DNA from: Patescibacteria group bacterium
GTDB lineage: Bacteria > Patescibacteriota > Patescibacteriia > Veblenbacterales > UBA10138
Length of the DNA stretch: 64,000 bases
NCBI GenBank assembly: GCA_041648575.1
Contig: JBAZOT010000002.1
Location: 34,038 to 98,037, forward strand
Reading direction: 5' to 3'
Part shown: positions 57,601-64,000 of the stretch, in pieces
How the letters are laid out: every line of letters starts with the position of its first letter
How positions within the stretch are numbered: the first letter of the stretch is position 1
The notes under the pieces: model-generated
Databases searched by the model: none
The model's input: only the letters and a program-made list of their open reading frames with translations
What the model was told of the DNA's origin: nothing
Program-made: the position numbers and the translations under genes

Positions 57601-58604
57601 ATACGACGATACAAATCATTAAGATCTGAAGTAGCAAACCGTCCGCCATCTAATTGCACCATTGGTCGAAGATCTGGCGGAATAACTGGTAAGCTGGTTA
57701 TGATCATCCAAGCAGGACGCAAGCGTACCGACTTTAAATGATTAAATAGTTTGAGCCGCCGTACCAATTTTTTATTTTTGGCTACTTCCGGATCACTTAA
57801 TTCTTTTCTTAAATGATTTATTTCTTTATCTAAATCAACAGCCAATAACAATTGATGAATTGCTTCGGCGCCAATACCGGCTTCAAATACTTGCCCATAC
57901 TTTAATGATAAATCCTGATACTGGCTTTCAGAAATAATTTTAAATGGCTTTAATTCTTTTAATTCCCGCTTGGCAATTTCTAGTGCCTCTTCTAATTTTT
58001 CCAAACGCTCTTCCCTTAAGGTATTGCTACTTTTTACTGCTGCTGTTTCTTTGGCAGTAGGTTTAGTAGACTGACTGGTAACTTTTTGATGCTCTGCTTC
58101 AATTGCTTTTTTCTTAGATTTGTATTCTTCAGTTACTTGATCAAATAATGCTTTCTTTTTTTCTTCATCCACTGTAATAATAATAAAAGCGGCAAAATAT
58201 ATAACTTTTTCTAAATCCTGAACTGATAATCCTAATACCAAACCTATTTTTGATGGCACGCCGCGTAAAAACCAAATATGAGAAACCGGTGCAGCCAACT
58301 TAATATGTCCAAAACGTTCGCGCCTCACTGCCGCACGAGTAACCTCAACACCACATTTGTCACAAATAATGCCGCGATGGCGAATGCGTTTGTATTTGCC
58401 GCAATAACATTCCCAATCTTTAGTTGGTCCAAATATCCGTTCATCAAATAAACCTTCTTTTTCTGGTTTTTGGGTGCGGTAATTGATAGTCTCTGGTTTA
58501 GTTACTTCACCATAAGACCAAGCCTCAATTTCTTGAGGCGAAGCCAGCCTTAATCTAATGGCATCAAAATCATTAGCTTGATATTGGTCTTTATCAGGAA
58601 ACAT
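54615..58604 (-). CDS. rpoC: DNA-directed RNA polymerase subunit beta'
   Basis: Zn-binding CxxC…CxxC near the N-terminus. NADFDGD catalytic motif. 1329 aa, directly downstream of rpoB. Confidence 0.97.
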   Translation of the reverse strand: MFPDKDQYQANDFDAIRLRLASPQEIEAWSYGEVTKPETINYRTQKPEKEGLFDERIFGPTKDWECYCGKYKRIRHRGIICDKCGVEVTRAAVRRERFGHIKLAAPVSHIWFLRGVPSKIGLVLGLSVQDLEKVIYFAAFIIITVDEEKKKALFDQVTEEYKSKKKAIEAEHQKVTSQSTKPTAKETAAVKSSNTLREERLEKLEEALEIAKRELKELKPFKIISESQYQDLSLKYGQVFEAGIGAEAIHQLLLAVDLDKEINHLRKELSDPEVAKNKKLVRRLKLFNHLKSVRLRPAWMIITSLPVIPPDLRPMVQLDGGRFATSDLNDLYRRIINRNNRLKRLVELNAPEVICRNEKRMLQEAVDALIDNGARHGKTVTASTGQRRMLKSIADILKGKQGRFRQNLLGKRTDYSGRSVIVVGPKLELNQCGLPKMMALELFKPFVISKLIEREYVHNVRSANRMIESKTTEVWDILEEVVKGAHVLLNRAPTLHRLGIQAFQPVLIEGKAIQIHPLICPAFNADFDGDQMAVHVPITEEAKWEAREIMLSAKNLLKPATGQPIVSPTQDMVLGCYYMTSQTPARGQVKMFVDTDEAIMAFQGGYITVSEQINVRISNKHIETCVGRILFNNILPENLQYINETMTAKSLRALMALCLEKNSTDTTAVLADNIKELAFKYLTESGLSWGMADLPELNERGQLYQEADTQITVIEEQYQQGLLTAEERHIKIVEIWAHVKEQVTKLCRKALDPKSPVYAMIESGARGSWAQLTQMMGMKGLVTNPAGETIELPVKGNFKEGFEVLEYFISTHGTRKGLSDTALRTSNAGYLTRRLIDVAQDMVIREEDCGDKQGLVWQRNESSEAGDRLGERVKGRFVIEAVVDPKNGETIVKKGELITNDQAKLIDSSEVSTIHIRSSLTCKVGRGLCQKCYGWDLGFNSVVSIGTAVGIIAAQSIGEPGTQLTMRTFHTGGVASVEDITQGLPRVEEIFEARPIKKPAVLAEFDGKAEVLTRGRQKVIILHYQGDKQEVINLQRYPEAKVLVKTGSKVTANTPLIKTVDGGEIKAGLAGVVEVTDKQIIVSGPGELDKEVLVPMGFACWIKDGDQVTRGQQLSEGPIDLASLYSLRNIEAVQKYILKEIQNIYSVQGQKLNDKHIEIIIRQMFSRMYINDAGDTELLPGEIVTTAQFEEANEKVRKNGTIAQGDQILLGVTKASLSADSFLSAASFQETARVLIDAAVTGKVDYLRGLKENVIIGRLIPAGTGYGDYHERIVKDMVIINKQREAERAKREVEQQALAEQARAMMAELAVQVADPVDITATPAPIVEE

Positions 58605-58609
58605 AAAAA

Positions 58610-61600
58610 TTAAATATTTTCTTTAGGCCGATTTTCATCGCTACCTGGTTTAGCCTTGCTCATTGGCTTACCACCTTTTAATAACTCTACTTCTAAACCC
58701 AATCCTTTAAGTTCTCTTACCAGCACGTTAAATGATTCAGGTATATTTAATTTGCGAATTGGCTCGCCTTTTATAATTGATTCGTATGCTTTAGAGCGTC
58801 CTGGCACATCGTCAGACTTGATAGTTAAAATTTCCTGCAAGGTGTGAGCTGCACCATATGCCTCCAGTGCCCATACTTCCATTTCACCAAACCGCTGTCC
58901 GCCAAATTGTGCTTTTCCTCCCAAAGGCTGCTGGGTAACTAACGAATACGGCCCAATGGAACGTTGATGAATTTTATCTTCCACCATGTGATTAAGTTTT
59001 AACATATACGACCAACCAACTGTAACTTTATTAGCAAACGGCTCGCCGGTTCGACCATGATAAAGAGCCACTTTTCCATCGGCCGATAAATTAGCGCGCT
59101 CTAATTCTTGCTTAATAACTTCTTCTGGCACCCCATCCAAAGCCGGCGTGGCCACATAATAACCCAAAGCTTTGGCAGCTAAACCTAAATGCGTTTCTAA
59201 AATTTGTCCAATATTCATACGCGACGCTACACCCAAAGGGTTTAAGATAATATCCACAGGTGTACCATCGGCAAAAAATGGCATATCTTCTACTGGCACA
59301 ATTTTGGAAACCACACCTTTATTGCCATGACGGCCAGCCATTTTATCACCCACTTGAATTTTACGTAATTGCGCTACCGCCACCTGAATAGTTTTAATTA
59401 CCCCACTAGGTAAACGATCGCCATTAGCGCGCGAGAAAATTTTAATATCCACCACTTTGCCATGTTCACCATGCTCTAAATACAAAGATGAGTCACGAAC
59501 ATCTTTAGCTTTCTCGCCAAAAATGGCGCGCAATAATTTTTCTTCGGCTGACAATTCGGTTTCGCCCTTGGGGGTTATTTTTCCCACCAAAATATCGCCC
59601 GAAGAAACTTCAGCACCCACCATAATAATACCTTCGCCATCTAAATATTTCAGTTTTTCCTCACCCACATTAGGAATATCGCGAGTAACAATTTCCGGTC
59701 CTAATTTAGTATCGCGTACATCAATGGAATAATTTTCAATATGAATAGAGGTATAAGCATCTTCCCTGACTAATTTTTCCGAAATCAAAATAGCGTCTTC
59801 ATAGTTACCACCTTCCCAAGGCATATAAGCTACCAAAACATTATGCCCTAACGACAGCTCGCCTTGATCAGTAGCAGCGCCATCGGCGATGGGATCACCA
59901 GCCTTAACTGTTTGGCCTTTATCAACTATCGGCCGCTGATTCATACAAGTAGAAGCATTGGAACGAACGAATTTTCCCAAATTATAAACACGATCGCCTT
60001 CAGCGCCTTGAATGATAATGCGATCAGATTGTACATCAGTAACTGTGCCGTCAATATCAGATAGTACTACTTGCCCCGAATCACAAGCTGCCTTAAATTC
60101 CACGCCTGTACCAATAATCGGCGCTTGAGGACTAATACAAGGAACGGCCTGGCGTTGCATGTTGGTACCCATTAAAGCACGCACTGCATCATCGTGTTCC
60201 AAAAACGGAATTAAAGAAGTAGTAATAGAAACAATTTGTTTTGGCGACACATCCATATAATCAATTTTCCAAACAAAATCATAAGTCGGCTCGCCCCATT
60301 CCCGCACTTCAGCTCGATCATTTATAAAATATCCCTGCTCACTAATAACTGTGGTGGCAGCGGTAGTAACATGACGCTCTTCTTCAAAAGCGTCCAACCA
60401 CACTACCTCATCAGTTACCCGAGGTTTAACTGGCACTTGAGTAAGAGCTAGGGCTTTAATAATTTTAGCTAATTCAGCTGATATTTTGGTATTAGCTTGA
60501 GCCACTACTTCACCTGCTTCATTAGTTATATCTTCACGTAAAATTTCACCCTCCAAACTTTTAGGATCATTAGGTAAATCATGAATAACTTTGCGGAAGG
60601 GAGTTTCAATAAAACCATAACTATTAACCCGACCGTATGAAGCCAAATGTCCTACCAAACCAATATTAGGTCCTTCGGGCGTAGCAATTGGACAAATGCG
60701 GCCATAGTGCGTACGGTGCACATCTCTAACATCAAAACCTGCTCGCTCTCGCGATAATCCGCCCGGACCCATGGCTGACAAACGACGTTTATGTTCTAAC
60801 TCGGATAACGGATTAGTTTGGTCCATAAATTGCGACAGTTGTGATGACATAAAAAATTCCTTAATCGAGCCAATAATCGGACGAGCATTAATCAACTGGT
60901 TCGGTGTAAGGGTGGTAATATCCAAAGTAGACATACGGTCTTTGATAATTCTTTCCAAGCGCGCTAAACCAACACGGAATTTGTTTTGCACTAACTCACC
61001 TACGGCCCTAACTCGACGATTACCCAAGTGATCAATATCGTCTGCTTCAATTTGTGAATTATTTAAAGTAACTATTTCCTTAATAATCATTACCAAATCC
61101 TCGGGTCTTAAAATTCTGGTTTCTTTGGTTATGGCAATGTTAAAATTAAATCTTTTGTTTAATTTGTATCTACCTACTCTGCCAAAATCATATCGTGCAA
61201 AATTAAAAAACATGTTGTGAATTAATTGCCGAGCATTATCAACGGTTGCCAAGTCACCCGGTCGAATGCGTTTATATACCTCTTTTAAACCCTCACCTTC
61301 ATTATGAGAAATATCTTTAGCCAAAGTTGACTCAATATATTTATTTTCCGGGTGAGTATCAATGTCTTTAAATAATTCTTTAATGGTTTCATCGCCGTCA
61401 AAACCAAAAGAGCGCAATAGCGCCGTCACTGCCACTTTGCGTTTACGATCAATTTTAACCCAGATAACATTATTAGTATCAGTTTCAAATTCCAACCAGG
61501 CGCCACGGTTGGGAATTATTTTAGCACCATAATAACGCCGTCCCCGGGCTTGCTCTGAAGTAAAAAATACTCCAGCAGAACGAATTAACTGGGACACTAC

Positions 61601-61996
61601 CACGCGCTCAATACCATTTATCACAAAAGTGCCACGCGCCGTCATAATAGGAAAATCACCTAAGTACACTTCTTGTTCTTTAATTTCTCCAGTTCGTTTA
61701 TTTACTAAACGCGTTTTTACTCTCAAAGCTGCTTCGTAAGTAATATTCTTAGCATGAGCCGAAACTTCATCAAACTTAGGTTCGTCTAAATAATAATCCA
61801 AAAAATACAATTCTAAATCGCGCCCAATAAAATCCCGAATGGGTGAAATCTCTTCAAATAATTCTTTTAATCCCTCAGCAAAAAACCATTGATAAGAATC
61901 TTTTTGAATGGATATTAAATCCGGTAATGCCAAAGCATCCCTTACTTTAGTAAAGTATTTTCTTTCTCGTAAAGTGGTTGATGATTTATTAGACAC
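58610..61996 (-). CDS. rpoB: DNA-directed RNA polymerase subunit beta
   Basis: Conserved beta-subunit blocks (…GPNIGL…, …MNQRPIV…, …[18 protein letters not shown]…). 1128 aa. Confidence 0.97.
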   Translation of the reverse strand: MSNKSSTTLRERKYFTKVRDALALPDLISIQKDSYQWFFAEGLKELFEEISPIRDFIGRDLELYFLDYYLDEPKFDEVSAHAKNITYEAALRVKTRLVNKRTGEIKEQEVYLGDFPIMTARGTFVINGIERVVVSQLIRSAGVFFTSEQARGRRYYGAKIIPNRGAWLEFETDTNNVIWVKIDRKRKVAVTALLRSFGFDGDETIKELFKDIDTHPENKYIESTLAKDISHNEGEGLKEVYKRIRPGDLATVDNARQLIHNMFFNFARYDFGRVGRYKLNKRFNFNIAITKETRILRPEDLVMIIKEIVTLNNSQIEADDIDHLGNRRVRAVGELVQNKFRVGLARLERIIKDRMSTLDITTLTPNQLINARPIIGSIKEFFMSSQLSQFMDQTNPLSELEHKRRLSAMGPGGLSRERAGFDVRDVHRTHYGRICPIATPEGPNIGLVGHLASYGRVNSYGFIETPFRKVIHDLPNDPKSLEGEILREDITNEAGEVVAQANTKISAELAKIIKALALTQVPVKPRVTDEVVWLDAFEEERHVTTAATTVISEQGYFINDRAEVREWGEPTYDFVWKIDYMDVSPKQIVSITTSLIPFLEHDDAVRALMGTNMQRQAVPCISPQAPIIGTGVEFKAACDSGQVVLSDIDGTVTDVQSDRIIIQGAEGDRVYNLGKFVRSNASTCMNQRPIVDKGQTVKAGDPIADGAATDQGELSLGHNVLVAYMPWEGGNYEDAILISEKLVREDAYTSIHIENYSIDVRDTKLGPEIVTRDIPNVGEEKLKYLDGEGIIMVGAEVSSGDILVGKITPKGETELSAEEKLLRAIFGEKAKDVRDSSLYLEHGEHGKVVDIKIFSRANGDRLPSGVIKTIQVAVAQLRKIQVGDKMAGRHGNKGVVSKIVPVEDMPFFADGTPVDIILNPLGVASRMNIGQILETHLGLAAKALGYYVATPALDGVPEEVIKQELERANLSADGKVALYHGRTGEPFANKVTVGWSYMLKLNHMVEDKIHQRSIGPYSLVTQQPLGGKAQFGGQRFGEMEVWALEAYGAAHTLQEILTIKSDDVPGRSKAYESIIKGEPIRKLNIPESFNVLVRELKGLGLEVELLKGGKPMSKAKPGSDENRPKENI

Positions 61997-62316
61997 AAAA
62001 AATGCTCCTTCCTGAATGTTTTTAAATAGGAAAGAGTTTATTTATTTCTACTTAGAGCGGAGGGTAGCTTCCCGCAAATAAATATAACTCAAAATAGAGT
62101 TTAAAATATTAATCTCAAGTTAATTCGCCTGTGCTTTAAGGTAAATGTTATTTATAAAAATAGTATCTGGAGTGTAACAACAATTTTTAACGTTGTCAAG
62201 TTTTAAGCTCAATTATATATATTTTAGAAATTTTTAGCTAATACTAGCTAAAAATATTAAATTTTTTTTAATATACAAAAAGTTATCCACAATTACTATA
62301 ATATCTACTCATATTA

Positions 62317-63642
62317 TTAAAGATTATTAGTAATTTTTTTTAATTCCTGTTTTACTATTTGACGATCATCCCAAGGAATTTTACCTTGTTTAGTGACTAA
62401 CCACTGTTCTGAACCTTTACCAGTAATAATCACAGTGTCGCCAGCAACTGCTAATTTTAATGCTTTGGCTATTGCTTGCCGACGATCCATAACTTGCCAA
62501 AGATTTTTTCCTAGTTGCTTGCCTATATTTTTTGCGCCCAAAACTACAGCTTCAATAATTACTTGTGGATCTTCATCATAAGGATCTTCATTAGTCACTA
62601 TTACTTGATCAGCAAATTGGCCAGCTAATTTACCTAAAACCGGCCGCTTGGCTTTGTCCCGCCCACCGCCACAAGAACCTAACACTGCAATAAGTTTGCC
62701 TATTTTTTTTTGTGTTAAAGTTTTATAAACTTCTTCAAGCGATTCCGGGGTGTGGGCATAATCAACCACTACTTGAAAACTTTGCCCGGCATTAATAAAT
62801 TCCATTCGCCCTGGCGCACCAGCAAAATCTTTCATACTCTCGCTAATCTGCTTTAAGGAAAAATCTTGACTTAATAAATAAGCTATGGAAGCTAATGCAT
62901 TATAAACATTAAATTTCCCACCCACAGGTAAAGTAAATAAAATACTGTCAACTGTAAAACTTATTTTCCGTTCCTCAACCTTAACTTGCTCGGCTATAAT
63001 TTGACTAGCGCCACTAAATTGATTGGATTGTAAACCGTAAATGTATTTTTCATCAGCTGGATAATTTAAAAATATTTGAGCAGCTGAATCATCACCGTTA
63101 ACCACGCTGACTTTGATAATTTTATGTCCAGCAATAATCTTAACATGCTGATTTAACACTTGCCATAACTTTTCTTTAGACTGCTGATATTTGGTAAAAC
63201 TGCCATGAGTTTCAATATGTTCAGGGGTAAGATTAGTAAACACCGCCGCATCATATCTAATACCCCAATGCCGCCATTGGGCGATGCCTTCGGAGGATGT
63301 TTCTACCACCGCATATTTATGCCCCGCCTGAACCATTTGCCGCAGATATTTTTGTAGCGTCAAACGCCCGGGCATGGTCATTTTTAAATCATTCAGCCAC
63401 TCTTGCTTGCCAATTTTTATCATGGCAGTTGAAATTAAGCCGCAACTTAATCCCAACTTATTTAAGCTGTGACAAATCATCGCCGCCACAGTTGATTTAC
63501 CTTTAGTGCCAGTAACACCTGCCACAATTAACTTACCTGTCGGAAAATTATACACTAAATTGCCTAAAATCGCCCAAACCAAATGATAACAACTTAAAAG
63601 CCATCTAGGTATAAACCTTCTGATTAAGGTTTTGTTTAACAT
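62317..63642 (-). CDS. Mur ligase family protein (MurE-like UDP-MurNAc-tripeptide synthetase lacking the N-terminal domain)
   Basis: ATP-binding GVTGTKGKST. …TNLTPEHIETHG… and …DYAHTPESL… are Mur ligase middle-domain motifs. Confidence 0.65.
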   Translation of the reverse strand: MLNKTLIRRFIPRWLLSCYHLVWAILGNLVYNFPTGKLIVAGVTGTKGKSTVAAMICHSLNKLGLSCGLISTAMIKIGKQEWLNDLKMTMPGRLTLQKYLRQMVQAGHKYAVVETSSEGIAQWRHWGIRYDAAVFTNLTPEHIETHGSFTKYQQSKEKLWQVLNQHVKIIAGHKIIKVSVVNGDDSAAQIFLNYPADEKYIYGLQSNQFSGASQIIAEQVKVEERKISFTVDSILFTLPVGGKFNVYNALASIAYLLSQDFSLKQISESMKDFAGAPGRMEFINAGQSFQVVVDYAHTPESLEEVYKTLTQKKIGKLIAVLGSCGGGRDKAKRPVLGKLAGQFADQVIVTNEDPYDEDPQVIIEAVVLGAKNIGKQLGKNLWQVMDRRQAIAKALKLAVAGDTVIITGKGSEQWLVTKQGKIPWDDRQIVKQELKKITNNL

Positions 63643-63662
63643 AACATTAATCCAACCAAGAT

Positions 63663-64000
63663 TTATTTAAACATCTTGGTAAAATTTCGCCGCTTTCTTT
63701 TTTTCCAATCACCTTGATGATAAGCATAACTCGCCAATAGTGGTAATACTGATCCTGCTTCGGCAAAAACCATTTGCTCATAAGTAGTATCCACCTTACC
63801 CCAAGAGGAAGCTTCTTTTAAAGTAGAGCTAGAGCATGCACCATCCCTAACATCAGCCACCGTAATCTGAATCGCATATTTATGCATTGGAACTTCTTTT
63901 CCTAACACTTCTGCGCAGACTACAGTATCCTGAACAAAATTCTTAGGTACCCCGCCGCCAATCATTAATAAGCCCGAAGTTTTAGCTTTCATTTTAATCC
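63663..64000 (-). CDS. Deoxyhypusine synthase-like protein, C-terminal part (gene continues beyond the window end)
   Basis: IGGGVPKNF motif and downstream region typical of the DHS C-terminus. The ORF runs off the window edge. Confidence 0.45.
   Translation of the reverse strand, partial: IKMKAKTSGLLMIGGGVPKNFVQDTVVCAEVLGKEVPMHKYAIQITVADVRDGACSSSTLKEASSWGKVDTTYEQMVFAEAGSVLPLLASYAYHQGDWKKRKRRNFTKMFK

Noticed and set aside
55630-61031. Multiple 60-110 aa ORFs on the plus strand inside rpoC and rpoB
   Set aside because: They are antisense to highly conserved RNA polymerase genes, with no independent support.
1-64000. Search for rRNA genes, integrases, transposases, reverse transcriptases and restriction-modification genes
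   Set aside because: No ORF showed DDE, tyrosine or serine recombinase, RT, or methylase-endonuclease pairing motifs. No rRNA-like conserved stretches were seen. The two islets therefore appear non-autonomous.

Overview
This is a low-GC, gene-dense bacterial chromosomal window. It carries housekeeping loci including rpoB-rpoC, recA, ftsK, the rpsF-ssb-rpsR-efp block, ychF, greA, a clpC-like gene, lemA-htpX and a Mur ligase. Among them sit large secreted or surface proteins, a two-subunit [NiFe]-hydrogenase locus, an ECF sigma plus MacAB-like exporter cluster, two Fic-fold genes, a HepT/MNT toxin-antitoxin pair and a solo PIN gene. The gene content resembles a small-genome uncultivated lineage (CPR/Patescibacteria-like), but that is inference only.

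No rRNA gene, CRISPR array, integrase or transposase was recognised. Both tRNA genes found here are tRNA-Ser.

The most unusual region is the tRNA-Ser locus. An 86-bp tandem array carrying 5' halves of tRNA genes fused to a conserved two-hairpin element sits just upstream of intact tRNA-Ser(TGA) and tRNA-Ser(GCT). A DUF4238-type gene and an unknown partner gene follow immediately; DUF4238 is a family tied to antiphage defence. I read this as an integration hotspot or defence islet and a candidate for a new two-gene system.

Other notable items:
- A roughly 2.1-kb GC-richer island is inserted at the 3' end of efp. It is bounded by an imperfect 43-bp duplication of the efp terminus and carries a Fic-fold gene whose catalytic His is replaced by Gln, plus a membrane protein.
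- Two divergent copies of a roughly 270-370 nt structured non-coding element show compensatory stem changes.
- A secreted protein carries a T9SS-type C-terminal sorting domain with an in-frame palindromic repeat insertion, and an orphan copy of the same domain lies nearby.
- A small palindromic repeat family (GTCATTGCGAG ... CGAAGCAATCT) recurs in several places.
- The HepT/MNT cassette is flanked by repeat structures.

All calls rest on motif-level reading of the supplied translations and sequence. No database search was possible.
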